This document shows, in pieces, positions 40,354-50,872 of a stretch of DNA of 64,000 bases (positions within the stretch are counted from its first letter, which is position 1; every line of letters starts with the position of its first letter). Source of the DNA: an uncultured bacterium (GTDB taxonomy: Bacteria; Pseudomonadota; Alphaproteobacteria; Sphingomonadales; Sphingomonadaceae). The notes under the pieces were generated by a model, which worked only from the letters and a program-made list of their open reading frames with translations, did not search any database and was not told the origin of the DNA. The position numbers were made by a program, and so were the translations under genes. The stretch spans positions 2,657 to 66,656 of the forward strand of contig CALOGB020000012.1 in the NCBI GenBank assembly GCA_942636505.2. Reading direction: 5' to 3'.

Positions 40354-43300
40354 TTGGCTACAGTACCGAGTATCGAGCAGGACGAGCCGACCGTTTCGGT
40401 GTTCCAGAGCGACCTTCCCATAGATGAGAAGCTGGATCGCGCGCGGACGGAGCTCCTCGATCTCTCGGCGAGAAACCGGCTGCTCAATATGCCACGCGCG
40501 GCGAAAGGTGCGAAGGCGGTCGAAGTCGTCGACGAGGTCAGCAGCGAGATTTTCCGCATGCTCGTCGTTGAGACGCGCCCCTTCTCGTTCCTCGCGGGCA
40601 AAGCGGCATCTGCCGGTGAGCAAGCCAGCGAAGACGTGCCCGCGGAGGAGTCGGACGAGATTGCCGATCTCGCGCAACCCGAGGATGACGTTGCCGATGA
40701 ACGCGGTGTTTTTTCGCGCCACGTCGATACCCGTCTCCAGACCCGACTAACGCCAAAGGGCCTGCAAAAGCGCCTGCTCGAGCTCTACTTCGACGCGCGC
40801 ACGCTGGAGGAGGAGCAGGGCGTCAACATCCTCTATCTAACGCTTGGTGCGCTCAAGTGGATCGACCCTAACAATGCCGCGAACATCCGGTTCGCACCCC
40901 TGGTACTCGTACCCGTGCAACTCGAGCGCGGCAATGCGGGCGAGAAGTTCAAGCTGAGGATGCGGCAGGAGGACTACGCGTCCAACCTGTCGCTGGAGGC
41001 TTTTCTCGACCGCGCGCACGGCATCCGGCTGCCGACGTTTGAGGGCGGTGAGGATTTCGATCCGGTCGCCTATTTCAAGGACGTCGCCGAGGCTGTGTCG
41101 TCGAAACCGGGCTGGGAGGTTCAGCCCGACGTCGTCGTGCTCGGCTTCTTCTCGTTCGCCAAGTTCCTGATGTACCGCGATCTCGATCCGCAGACCTGGC
41201 CGAACGGCGGCAAGATCACCGAGCGTGCGCTCGTCCGCGGGCTGCTGGCCGACGGGTTCGAGGGCAGCGCGGGCATGATCCCCGAAGATGCCAATATCGA
41301 TCCGTTCATCCCGCCGTCCGAGATGCTCCACATCGTCGACGCCGACAGCTCGCAGGCCTTGGCTGTGCACGAGGTGCGTGGCGGTCGCGACATGGTCATC
41401 CAGGGGCCGCCGGGAACGGGAAAGAGCCAGACGATCGCCAACATCATCGCGTCCGCGATCGCCGACGGAAAGACCGTGCTGTTTGTCGCGGAGAAGATGG
41501 CCGCACTCGAAGTGGTCAAACGACGGCTCGACGCGACCGGCGTCGGCGATGCGTGTCTCGAGCTCCACAGCAACAAGGCCAACAAGCGCGCGGTGCTCGA
41601 AGAACTGCGCCGGACGTGGGAGCTCGGCGCCCCCAAGCATCAGGATGCCGGGAGCCTGCATGCCCGCCTAACGATCGCGCGCGATAGCCTGAACGGTCAC
41701 GTCCAGCGGATGCACGCGCCGCATCCGGCATCCGGGCTGACCCCCTATCAGGTCATCGGCCAGTTGAGCCGGCTACGGCTGGACGGCGAGAAGCCCGGCG
41801 ATCTGACGCTGGTCGAGCCGGAAACTTGGTCGGTCGATGATTTCGCCGAGCGTCACAATGTGATCGGCGAGCTTGCCGAACGGATCACGCTTATCGGTCG
41901 TCCCGGCGAGCACGCATGGCGCGGGGTCGGCCTGTCCTCGATCCTGCCGACCGAGGTTGAGCGGCTGGAGGAACGGCTCTCGGTAGTGATCGAGAAGCTC
42001 GCCGCACTCGACGGGGCGCAGAGCAGTCTTGCGACCCGTCTCGAACTGCCGCCGATGGCGTCGCTCGGCGACATCGGAGTCCTCGTCGTGCTGGCGAACC
42101 GGGTTGCACAGGCGCCCGCGATCGAGGGCACTGCACTCGCGGACACGGTTTGGGAGCATCGCTTCGACGAGATCGACCGGCTGCTCGTAACCGGCCAGCG
42201 CCACGCCCATCTCCGTGGCCATCTCGTATCGTCTGTAACCGAGAGCGGGTGGACGACCGACCTGTCGGAAGCGATCGCCGCCCTGCGCTCGCTGCCGTCG
42301 ACGTTCGCGCTCGCGGATTTCGAACAGGTCGGTGCGCTGGCGGCAGCGCTGCCCCGATTGCAAGCCGAAGCGGGAGCGTTGGCGCGGACGATCGGCCGTG
42401 ATGCGCCCAATTCAATCGACGAAGCCCGTAAGCTTGCCGCGATCGGTGAGCGCGTTGCCAATGCACCTCATGCCGACGCGGATGCCTTTGCCTCCGACGT
42501 CTGGAACTCGGGAGTCGAACGCGCCGCCGATGTCGTCGATGCGGTTGCCGCGTACGAGGACGCGGTCGCGGGGACGACCGGAAAGCTGACCGATGCAGCC
42601 TGGGATATGGAGCTGACGGCTGCGCGGGTCACGCTCGCCTCGCACGGCAGCGGGTTCATGAAGATGTTCAGCGGAGAGTGGCGACGTACGAACCGGCTCG
42701 TCCGATCCGTGCTGACGTCGCCGACAACACCGCTCGACGAGACTCTGCTTTTGCTGGACGCGCTCGCGAAAGGGCAGGCCGCGAAGCGGACGATCGAGCA
42801 GGAGAATGATTTTGCGCGCTCCGCCTTCGGGGCGGAATGGCGCGGCGAGCGCTCGACGTCGGCGCCGCTGTTGAGCGTGGTCGAGTGGATGCGCTCGCTC
42901 CGCGGGCTAGGCGCCGAACCCCGCATCATCGCCGCGCGCCGGCCCGACCGCAGCGAGATCAGCACGCGCGCTTCACGAACGACGGCGTTGATCGAGCAGT
43001 TGGCACCTTCACTGTCAGCTCTGTGGTCCAGCTTGGGTGACGTGCAGGCGCTGGCGTTCGGCGATGTGTCGGCAGCGGACCGCGCCGATCTCGAAGCCTT
43101 GATGACCGTCGTGACACGGCTGCATGCCGCCGACACCGCCAGTTCGGCCGTGCTGGTTTCCGCGCCTGCTAATCTCAACGATCGCCGCCAGATTCTGGAC
43201 GATCTCGCCGAGCTTCAGCGCAAGGATGCAGCGATCGCCGAACTGGCAGAGGTTGGCACCGCGGCGTTCGGAACGGCATGGCGTGGGACTTCGTCCGAAT

Positions 43301-45960
43301 GGAACGCTTTGCGCGCCACCGCCGACTGGATCCGGGCCAACGGCGACATACGCCTTCTGATCAGCAGGATCGACGACCGTGCGGAGCCTGCTGCGGATGC
43401 TGCTTTGGTCGAAGCGAATGCCAAGGCCCTCCTCGATGATCTGACTGCGATCGGCGAGCAGCTTCGCCTCGATCTGGGCGTCGCGCTCGGGCGCGAGACG
43501 TTCGCCGCCACGCCGCTTGTCGATCTGCGCACGCATCTGGAGCGTTGGCACGAGTCAGGCGAGCGCCTGACGCAGTGGACGGCATATCGTGACCGCGCGG
43601 AGCGGACGTCGAAGCTCGGCTGTGACGATGTCGTCAAGCGGCTCGCCGACGGTCGCCTTGGAACGGACGGCGCCGTGCCCGCCTTCGAGATGGCCTATTA
43701 CGAGGCGGTCTATGCCGACCAGATCAGGGCCGATCCCGACCTCGGCACGTTCGACGGCACGTTGCATGGCCGGCTGGCGCGCGAGTTCGCCGACATGGAC
43801 CGCCAGCGAATCGCGACCGCGAGCTTCGAGGTCGTGAAGGCGCATCACCAGGCAGTCCCGGCACGGGATGGCGGCGCAGTCGGTCCGCTCGGCGTGCTGC
43901 GCGCAGAGATCGCCCGCAAGCGCGGTCACATGCCGATCCGTCGCCTCATGGAGAAAGCCGCCCCCGCGGTGCAGGCGTTGAAGCCGGTATTCATGATGAG
44001 CCCCCTGTCCGTGGCGCAGTTCCTGGCACCCGGCCTGTTCGACTTCGATCTGCTGGTCATGGACGAAGCGAGCCAAATCCAGCCGGTCGATGCGCTTGGC
44101 GCGGTCGCGCGGGCCAAGCAGGTCGTCGTTGTCGGCGACCCGAAGCAGCTTCCGCCCACCGCCTTCTTCTCAAAAATGACCGGCGGCGGCGCGGACGATG
44201 ACGACGATGCAGGCACCCGCGTGACCGACATCGAAAGCATTCTCGGCCTGTTCACAGCCCGCGGCCTGCCGATGCGGATGCTGCGCTGGCATTACCGCAG
44301 CAAGCACCAGTCGCTGATCGCGGTCAGCAACCGCCAGTTCTACGAGAACAAGCTGTTCATCGTCCCCAGTCCCTACACCGCCGAGGCGGGCATGGGGCTG
44401 CGCTTCCATCGCATTCCGCAGGGCGTGTTCGATGCCGGCGCCACGCGGACCAACATGGTCGAGGCGAAGGTCGTGGCGCAGGCGATCGTCGCGCACGCGC
44501 GCGACCATCCCGAACTGTCGCTCGGCGTCGCCGCCTTCTCCGCCGCCCAGCGCCGCGCGATCATGGACCAGCTCGAAATCCTTCGTCGCGGCCTCCCAGC
44601 CGCGGTCGAGACGTTCTTCCAGATGCATCACTCCGAGCCGTTCTTCGTCAAGAACCTCGAAAACGTGCAGGGCGACGAGCGCGACGTGATCTTCATTTCG
44701 GTCGGCTACGGACCGACCGTCCCGGGCGGTCGCGTGCTGATGAGGTTCGGGCCGCTCGGCATGGACGGCGGCGAACGGCGATTGAACGTCCTCATCAGCC
44801 GCGCCAAGCAGCGGTGCGAAGTGTTTGCCTCGATGTCGGACGAGGACATCGACCCGGATTTCGCTGGCACCCGCAAGGGGATCCTCGCCTTCAAGCTGTT
44901 CCTGCACTTCGCGCGCACCGGCAAGATGACCATGGCAGAGAGCACCGGCCGCGATCACGACAGCGTGTTCGAGGAGCAGGTCGCCAAGGCGCTGCAAGCC
45001 AGGGGCTATCAGGTCCACCGGCAGGTCGGCCTTGCGGGCTTCTTCATCGATCTCGCGGTGTCCGATGCAGACCGACCCGGCCGCTATCTCATCGGCATCG
45101 AGTGCGACGGCGCATCGTATCACGATGCACGTTCGGCCCGCGATCGCGACCGACTTCGCCAGTCGGTCCTGGAGAGTCATGGCTGGACCATCCACCGTAT
45201 CTGGAGCACCGACTGGTTCCAGCGACCCAAGGAACAGATCGATCTCGTCATTGCGCGGATCGAGGCGGCCAAGGCCGAGCACGATTCCCAGGCCGCCGGC
45301 GTAAAGGCCACGCGTGCCGTGAACGTCGAGATTACCACCCTCGAACGCGAAGGCTTCACCGAGGTCGGCTTGGCCGCGCCCGACGGGGAACCTGCGAACG
45401 GCCTTTACGAAGAAGCCGAAATTACCAGACCTAGGCATCTGCTGGGCGAGCTTCACGACACGCCGCGCGGCGCCTTGTCCGCGCTGGCAGAAGAAGTCGT
45501 GCGGATCGAAGGCCCTGTTCACGCGTGCGAGGTCGTCAACCGTATCCGCGACGCCTGGGGACTGAAGCGGGCCGGCGCCCGCATTCAGGAAGCGGTAGAG
45601 GCAGCGATCGCGGTTTCGGTTCGCGAAGGACGTATAACGGACAAGGACGATTTTCTCGACCTACCGGGCCGGACGCCAAAGGTACGAGACCGCAGTGCGG
45701 TTCGCTCAGCCTCGTTACGGAAGTCCGATACGCTACCGCCGGCTGAGCTCGAGATCGCGATCCTCGACGTCGTGCGGATCAACTACGGCGCGACCGACGA
45801 TCAGGTCATGCAAGCAGCCGCCCGCGCCGTAGGCTTCAAATCGACCAGTAGCCAACTGCGCGACCTGCTGGCGGACGTGATAGCCGCCGCAATCAAGGGC
45901 AACCGACTTGCACGGCAAAGTGGCATGCTTGTGCTCGGCTCTTCGGAGGCGAGGACTTGA
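40354..45960 (+). CDS. giant Upf1-like SF1 helicase with DUF4011-type N-terminus, DUF559/MTES_1575-like REase domain and DUF3320-like C-terminus
   Basis: - N-terminus: LLDLSARNRLLN...GVNILYLTLGALKW...PLVLVPVQLER.
- Walker A: GPPGTGKSQ (41404-41427).
- A helical insert of about 640 aa containing the paralogous segments AFGAEWRG...EWMRSL and AFGTAWRG...DWIRAN.
- VMDEASQ, VVGDPKQLPPT, WHYRSKHQSLI, VQGDERDVIF and RLNVLISRAK.
- REase domain: FFIDLAV...IGIECDGASYHD...HGWTIHRIWSTDW.
- TTG start. Confidence 0.88.
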   Translation: MATVPSIEQDEPTVSVFQSDLPIDEKLDRARTELLDLSARNRLLNMPRAAKGAKAVEVVDEVSSEIFRMLVVETRPFSFLAGKAASAGEQASEDVPAEESDEIADLAQPEDDVADERGVFSRHVDTRLQTRLTPKGLQKRLLELYFDARTLEEEQGVNILYLTLGALKWIDPNNAANIRFAPLVLVPVQLERGNAGEKFKLRMRQEDYASNLSLEAFLDRAHGIRLPTFEGGEDFDPVAYFKDVAEAVSSKPGWEVQPDVVVLGFFSFAKFLMYRDLDPQTWPNGGKITERALVRGLLADGFEGSAGMIPEDANIDPFIPPSEMLHIVDADSSQALAVHEVRGGRDMVIQGPPGTGKSQTIANIIASAIADGKTVLFVAEKMAALEVVKRRLDATGVGDACLELHSNKANKRAVLEELRRTWELGAPKHQDAGSLHARLTIARDSLNGHVQRMHAPHPASGLTPYQVIGQLSRLRLDGEKPGDLTLVEPETWSVDDFAERHNVIGELAERITLIGRPGEHAWRGVGLSSILPTEVERLEERLSVVIEKLAALDGAQSSLATRLELPPMASLGDIGVLVVLANRVAQAPAIEGTALADTVWEHRFDEIDRLLVTGQRHAHLRGHLVSSVTESGWTTDLSEAIAALRSLPSTFALADFEQVGALAAALPRLQAEAGALARTIGRDAPNSIDEARKLAAIGERVANAPHADADAFASDVWNSGVERAADVVDAVAAYEDAVAGTTGKLTDAAWDMELTAARVTLASHGSGFMKMFSGEWRRTNRLVRSVLTSPTTPLDETLLLLDALAKGQAAKRTIEQENDFARSAFGAEWRGERSTSAPLLSVVEWMRSLRGLGAEPRIIAARRPDRSEISTRASRTTALIEQLAPSLSALWSSLGDVQALAFGDVSAADRADLEALMTVVTRLHAADTASSAVLVSAPANLNDRRQILDDLAELQRKDAAIAELAEVGTAAFGTAWRGTSSEWNALRATADWIRANGDIRLLISRIDDRAEPAADAALVEANAKALLDDLTAIGEQLRLDLGVALGRETFAATPLVDLRTHLERWHESGERLTQWTAYRDRAERTSKLGCDDVVKRLADGRLGTDGAVPAFEMAYYEAVYADQIRADPDLGTFDGTLHGRLAREFADMDRQRIATASFEVVKAHHQAVPARDGGAVGPLGVLRAEIARKRGHMPIRRLMEKAAPAVQALKPVFMMSPLSVAQFLAPGLFDFDLLVMDEASQIQPVDALGAVARAKQVVVVGDPKQLPPTAFFSKMTGGGADDDDDAGTRVTDIESILGLFTARGLPMRMLRWHYRSKHQSLIAVSNRQFYENKLFIVPSPYTAEAGMGLRFHRIPQGVFDAGATRTNMVEAKVVAQAIVAHARDHPELSLGVAAFSAAQRRAIMDQLEILRRGLPAAVETFFQMHHSEPFFVKNLENVQGDERDVIFISVGYGPTVPGGRVLMRFGPLGMDGGERRLNVLISRAKQRCEVFASMSDEDIDPDFAGTRKGILAFKLFLHFARTGKMTMAESTGRDHDSVFEEQVAKALQARGYQVHRQVGLAGFFIDLAVSDADRPGRYLIGIECDGASYHDARSARDRDRLRQSVLESHGWTIHRIWSTDWFQRPKEQIDLVIARIEAAKAEHDSQAAGVKATRAVNVEITTLEREGFTEVGLAAPDGEPANGLYEEAEITRPRHLLGELHDTPRGALSALAEEVVRIEGPVHACEVVNRIRDAWGLKRAGARIQEAVEAAIAVSVREGRITDKDDFLDLPGRTPKVRDRSAVRSASLRKSDTLPPAELEIAILDVVRINYGATDDQVMQAAARAVGFKSTSSQLRDLLADVIAAAIKGNRLARQSGMLVLGSSEART

Positions 45961-45990
45961 GGGGCTCGGACGTGGTTTTAGGGGCGGGCC

Positions 45991-48900
45991 ATGGGGGATA
46001 AGACTGGCAATTTCGCATTCCTGGCAGCCCACAGCCCGCAGCTGACCAAGCTGGGTCAACTCGCCGAACGGTATTTTTCGGATGACCCCCCCGCCGCGCT
46101 GGTCAAGTTGCGACAGTTTGCGGAAATCACGGCGAAGACCGTTGCTGCGCGGCATGCCCTGCTTCCCACACAGACAGTGTCGTTCGATGACGTTCTGAGG
46201 ACGCTGCGAGCCCGGTCGATCCTGCCGCGTGAAATCGCCGATCTGTTCTATCACCTGAAGCGCGCTGGGAATGTCGCTGCTCACGAGGATACGGGCAGCG
46301 CGGCCGATGTGCTGACGTCGCTAAAGATTGCTCGTGAGATCGGCATCTGGTTTCACCGGAGTTACGAAGGTCACCCCGATTTTAAACCGGGTCCGTTCGT
46401 CCCGCCGGTGCCGCCGACCGATTTCGGCAGGGCGCTCGCCGACGAACTCGCGCAGTTGAAGAGAACCATCGCTACGAGCGCGGATAGCGAAGCGAAGGCT
46501 GTCCTTGCCGCGCAGGACGCCGAACAAAGACGGCGGGTAAGCGAAAATCGGGCGGAGCAGAACGCGCGGGACAAGGTGTTCTGGGAGAGCTACGCAGCCG
46601 AGACCGAAGCGGCGTTGCGTTCCGCAGAAGCCGCTCTGTCGGGCATGCAGTCCCAAGCCGCTGCGATCCCGCAACATCAGCTCGATATGCTGACGAACCT
46701 AGCCGCCGACGGTGCGAAGCGGGTGGAACTGGATGAGCGGACAACGCGCGTTCTGATCGACGACCGACTCCGGGCCGCTGGATGGACTGTCGATAGTGTG
46801 GGCCTCCGGCACGCGCTTGGGGCCAGGCCAGATTATGTCACGCCGATCGCGATCGCGGAGTGGCCGACCAAGAGCGGTCCCGTTGACTATGCCCTGTTCA
46901 TCGAGGGCCGCTGTGTCGGCGTGATCGAGGCTAAGCGCCAGAGCAGCGACGTGCCCGGCCGGATCGGTCAAGCTAAGCGCTACGCCCGCGACATCACGCT
47001 GACGCCGGACGAGCTGCCCGTCGGTGGCCCTTGGACCCAGAACGAAGACCGTTTTCGCATACCCTTCGTCTTCGCCACCAACGGCCGGGCTTATGTGAAG
47101 CAGCTGGCGACCAAGTCCGGCACTTGGTTCTGGGATGCCCGTGTCCCCGGCGATCCGCCGCGTGCGCTTGTCGAGTGGTTCTCGCCCCGCGATCTCAGCG
47201 AGCGACTGGAGCAGGACATTGCCGCCGAGCCCAGCATCGTCGCCGATCGCGAACTTGGCGTTACCGGACTGCGCCCCTATCAGCGCGATGCGATCACCGC
47301 GGTCGAGAGCGCCATTGCCCGCGGGCAACGCCAGATCCTTCTCGCAATGGCGACCGGCACCGGTAAAACCCGCCTCGCTATCGCGCTGATGTACGAACTG
47401 CTCCGCACTCAGCGCTTTCGCCGCATCCTGTTCCTTGTCGATCGCAATGCGCTCGGTCGCCAGACGCTCGACGCGATGAGCACCACCGACACCAGCGGCT
47501 TCTACAAGTTCGATCAGGTCTTCCCCGTAGCCGACATGACGCGCAAATTCCCCGAGGCGACCGACCGCGTCCAGGTCGCCACCGTGCAGGCCATGATCCA
47601 CCGCGTCTTCGACAATCCCGGCGCCGACCGACCCACCCCCGGCACCTACGACCTCGTGATCGTCGACGAAGCGCACCGCGGCTACACGCTCGATGCCGAG
47701 CTGCGAGAAGACGATCTTGGCTTTCGCAACCTCGACGATTACCTGTCCGCCTATCGCCGCGTGCTCGACTATTTCGACGCCACCAAGGTCGCGCTGACCG
47801 CCACCCCGGCGCTCCACACCCGTGAGATCTTCGGCGCGCCGGTGTTCCGCTATGGCTATCGTCAGGCGGTGATCGACGGCTATCTGATCGATCACCGCCC
47901 GCCGCGCCGCATCACCACCGCGCTCAGCCAGACCGGGATCAGCTTCGAACAAGGCGAGGAGGTCACGATCTTCGACCCGCGCACCGGCGAGGTCGACCTG
48001 TTCGATCTTGAGGACCAGGTCGATTTCGAGATCGCGCAGTTCAACAAGAAGGTTCACACCCGCGCCTTCAACCGCGCGGTCGCCGAAGCCATCGCCGCCG
48101 AATGCCCGCCCGACCAGCCCGGGAAGACGCTGCTCTTCGCCGCGCGGGACGACCATGCCGACATCCTCGTCGACGAACTCCGTGCCGCGCTTACGGCGGA
48201 ATACGGACCGCAACCGCACGACCTCGTCGAGAAGATCACCGGCTCGATCGACAAGCCGCTCGACCGCATCAAGGCGTTCAAGAACGATCCGCGCCCCAAA
48301 TACGTCGTCACCGTCGACCTTCTTACGACCGGCATCGACGTCCCCGCGATCACCAACCTGGTGTTCGTCCGCCGCGTCAACAGCCGCATCCTCTACGACC
48401 AGATGATCGGCCGCGCGACGCGCCGCTGCGACGAGATCGGCAAGGAGTATTTCCGTATCTTCGACGCGGTCGACATTTACGCCAACCTTCAGGACGTCAC
48501 CGACATGCGCCCGGTCGTGGTCAATCCCGGCCTGTCCTTCGGAACGCTGGTTGGCGACATCGAGCGCGCCACCACTGACGAGGACCGCGCCTTCGTCCGC
48601 GACCAGATCGTCGTCAAACTCCGCCAGCGAATCAAATACATCAACGACGACCGCCGCGACGCCCTCGAACCTGTCGTCGGCCCTCTCGGCGACCTTGCCG
48701 ACCGCCTCAAGGACGCGCCCGCCGCCGACACCATCGCGCTCTTCCGCCAGCACCCGTCGCTCGCCACCGTGCTCGATGCCGCCAACCCGGCCCGCACCGG
48801 TGACGGCATCTACATCTCCGAGCACGACGACGAACTCGTCTCGATCGAAGATGATTTCGGCGAAAAGGCGACCCCCGGCGATTATATCGAGAGCTTCGAG

Positions 48901-49380
48901 GCGTATGTCCGCGACAACATGAACGCGGTCCCCGCAATGATCGCCGCCACCCAGCGCCCGCGCGAGCTGACCCGCAAGGAGCTAAAGGAACTCGCCATCC
49001 TTCTAGACGCCAAGGGCTTCTCCGAGGCGAGACTCCGCCGCGCCTATGGCAGCGCGCGCAACGCCGACATCGCTGCGCATATCATTGGTTTCGTCCGCCA
49101 GGCAGCGCTGGGCGACCCGCTCGTCGCGTATGAAACGCGCGTCGACAACGGCGTCCAGCGCATCCTCGCCAGTCGTACCTGGACAGCCAAGCAGAAGCAG
49201 TGGCTCGCCCGCATCGGTCGCGTCCTGCGCGCGCAGCCGGTCGGCGATCCCGAGATACTCTCGGACCCCTTATTTGCACAACATGGCGGCTTCGCAGTGG
49301 TCGACCGGGAGTTCGATTCCGGGCTAGGGGAGGTGCTCAAAGACCTGAACGCCGCGATCTGGGATACCCGCGCGGCATGA
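45991..49380 (+). CDS. hsdR: type I restriction enzyme R subunit (COG4096-type) with DUF4145-like N-terminal domain
   Basis: - N-terminus: FAEITAKTVAA...HLKRAGNVAAHE.
- Nuclease motif: VDYALFIEGRCVGVIEAKR.
- Helicase motifs: LRPYQRDAI, MATGTGKT, VIVDEAHRG and LTATP.
- It starts 30 nt after the helicase stop. Confidence 0.9.
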   Translation: MGDKTGNFAFLAAHSPQLTKLGQLAERYFSDDPPAALVKLRQFAEITAKTVAARHALLPTQTVSFDDVLRTLRARSILPREIADLFYHLKRAGNVAAHEDTGSAADVLTSLKIAREIGIWFHRSYEGHPDFKPGPFVPPVPPTDFGRALADELAQLKRTIATSADSEAKAVLAAQDAEQRRRVSENRAEQNARDKVFWESYAAETEAALRSAEAALSGMQSQAAAIPQHQLDMLTNLAADGAKRVELDERTTRVLIDDRLRAAGWTVDSVGLRHALGARPDYVTPIAIAEWPTKSGPVDYALFIEGRCVGVIEAKRQSSDVPGRIGQAKRYARDITLTPDELPVGGPWTQNEDRFRIPFVFATNGRAYVKQLATKSGTWFWDARVPGDPPRALVEWFSPRDLSERLEQDIAAEPSIVADRELGVTGLRPYQRDAITAVESAIARGQRQILLAMATGTGKTRLAIALMYELLRTQRFRRILFLVDRNALGRQTLDAMSTTDTSGFYKFDQVFPVADMTRKFPEATDRVQVATVQAMIHRVFDNPGADRPTPGTYDLVIVDEAHRGYTLDAELREDDLGFRNLDDYLSAYRRVLDYFDATKVALTATPALHTREIFGAPVFRYGYRQAVIDGYLIDHRPPRRITTALSQTGISFEQGEEVTIFDPRTGEVDLFDLEDQVDFEIAQFNKKVHTRAFNRAVAEAIAAECPPDQPGKTLLFAARDDHADILVDELRAALTAEYGPQPHDLVEKITGSIDKPLDRIKAFKNDPRPKYVVTVDLLTTGIDVPAITNLVFVRRVNSRILYDQMIGRATRRCDEIGKEYFRIFDAVDIYANLQDVTDMRPVVVNPGLSFGTLVGDIERATTDEDRAFVRDQIVVKLRQRIKYINDDRRDALEPVVGPLGDLADRLKDAPAADTIALFRQHPSLATVLDAANPARTGDGIYISEHDDELVSIEDDFGEKATPGDYIESFEAYVRDNMNAVPAMIAATQRPRELTRKELKELAILLDAKGFSEARLRRAYGSARNADIAAHIIGFVRQAALGDPLVAYETRVDNGVQRILASRTWTAKQKQWLARIGRVLRAQPVGDPEILSDPLFAQHGGFAVVDREFDSGLGEVLKDLNAAIWDTRAA

Positions 49381-49393
49381 TGAAAGACTTCGC

Positions 49394-50872
49394 ATGAATC
49401 CCTCCGCCGATCTGGTGAACAAGCTGTGGCGCCTGTGCACGCTGCTCCGCAAGGATGGCGTGACCTACCAGCAATATGTCACCGAGCTTACCTATCTGCT
49501 CTTCCTCAAGATGGCATCCGAGCAGAAGGACGAGAGCCGCATCCCCGAGCAGTATCGCTGGAGCGCGCTGAAATCCACGAACGAGACCGAGGTGTTGACG
49601 CGCTATCGCCAAGCGCTGATTGATCTCGGCGACGGCGCCAAGATCTCCGACCGCTCGATCGTCGCGATCTTCCAGAACGCTGCGACGATCGTGCGCGAGC
49701 CCGTCAATCTGCGCAAGCTGATCGATGCGATCGATGGCCTGCACTGGTATAGCGAGGAGCGCGATGCGTTCGGCGATGCCTATGAGGGCCTGCTCCAGAA
49801 GATGGCGGAGGAAACTAAGCGCGGCGCCGGCCAGTATTTCACCCCGCGCGTGCTCATCGACGTGATCGTCCACCTGATGCAGCCCGAGCCGGGCGAGGTC
49901 ATCCAGGATCCAGCGGCGGGCACTGGCGGCTTCCTGATCGCCGCCGACCGCTACATGCGCGCGACCACGGACGATTATTTCACGCTTTCGCCCAAGCAGC
50001 AGGCATTCCAGCTGAACCAGGCACTGCGCGGCGTCGAGAACGTGCCCGACACCTTTCGCCTGCTCCAGATGAACCTGCATTTGCATAACATCGACCCCGA
50101 TCACCTCGATCTGGCCGATACGCTAAGCCCGCGCGGCGCGGCACCGAAGTACAAGAATGCAGACCTGATCCTGACCAACCCGCCGTTCGGCCCGGCCGGC
50201 GGCCCCCCGACGCGCGACGACCTGACGATTACCGATAGCGTCTCGTCCTATCAGTTCCCGTTCGTCGAACACGTCATCCGCTCGCTCAAACTCGGCGGTC
50301 GCGCCGCGGTAGTGGTGCCTGACAACGTCCTATTCGACGATGGCAAGGGCAAGCTCCTGCGCCAGCGTTTAATGAGCTGGTGCAACCTCCACACCATTCT
50401 GCGCTTGCCGGTCGGCATCTTCTACGCGCAGGGCGTGAAGACCAATGTCCTCTTTTTCACCCGCGCTGACGACGAAGCCCCGCTCAAAGACGCGACCGAA
50501 GCCGTCTGGATCTACGACGCCCGCGCCAACATGCCGAATTATGGCAAGACCAATCCGTTCAAGGCGTCTGATCTTGGCGATTTTGTCGCAGCGTTTGGTG
50601 ACGATCCCGATGGCGGTTTGGAGCGTACCGACGAGGGCGAGACTGGGCGATTCCGTTGCTTCAAGCGTGAAGAGATCACGGCGCGGGGCGACAATCTTGA
50701 TATTGGCTGGCTCAAGGATACCAGCGGGGATCCTGAGGATGGTCTGGAAACGCCAGACGAGATCTCTGCGGCTATCGAATTGCATTTGGCAAACGCGATG
50801 GTCGAGGTTCGCGCACTGATTGACGAGTTAGACGATGGTGCAACTGAACCACTTCTGGCGTCCGCGGAATGA
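49394..50872 (+). CDS. hsdM: type I R-M N6-adenine DNA methyltransferase subunit
   Basis: GQYFTPR, DPAAGTGGFL and LILTNPPFG. Confidence 0.93.
   Translation: MNPSADLVNKLWRLCTLLRKDGVTYQQYVTELTYLLFLKMASEQKDESRIPEQYRWSALKSTNETEVLTRYRQALIDLGDGAKISDRSIVAIFQNAATIVREPVNLRKLIDAIDGLHWYSEERDAFGDAYEGLLQKMAEETKRGAGQYFTPRVLIDVIVHLMQPEPGEVIQDPAAGTGGFLIAADRYMRATTDDYFTLSPKQQAFQLNQALRGVENVPDTFRLLQMNLHLHNIDPDHLDLADTLSPRGAAPKYKNADLILTNPPFGPAGGPPTRDDLTITDSVSSYQFPFVEHVIRSLKLGGRAAVVVPDNVLFDDGKGKLLRQRLMSWCNLHTILRLPVGIFYAQGVKTNVLFFTRADDEAPLKDATEAVWIYDARANMPNYGKTNPFKASDLGDFVAAFGDDPDGGLERTDEGETGRFRCFKREEITARGDNLDIGWLKDTSGDPEDGLETPDEISAAIELHLANAMVEVRALIDELDDGATEPLLASAE

Noticed and set aside
40056-40722. 181-aa and 139-aa minus-strand ORFs spanning the helicase start region
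   Set aside because: They overlap the AT-rich promoter region and the 5' end of the well-supported helicase gene, and show no motif or coupling signal.
46699-48825. 708-aa ORF antisense to hsdR. The same applies to 44170-45522 and 40837-41661 antisense to the helicase, 62188-63558 antisense to flotillin, and 28170-29432 antisense to the SWFGD gene.
   Set aside because: All lie opposite genes with clear catalytic motifs. All have low-complexity Arg/Ala/Asp-rich translations characteristic of non-coding frames in GC-rich DNA.
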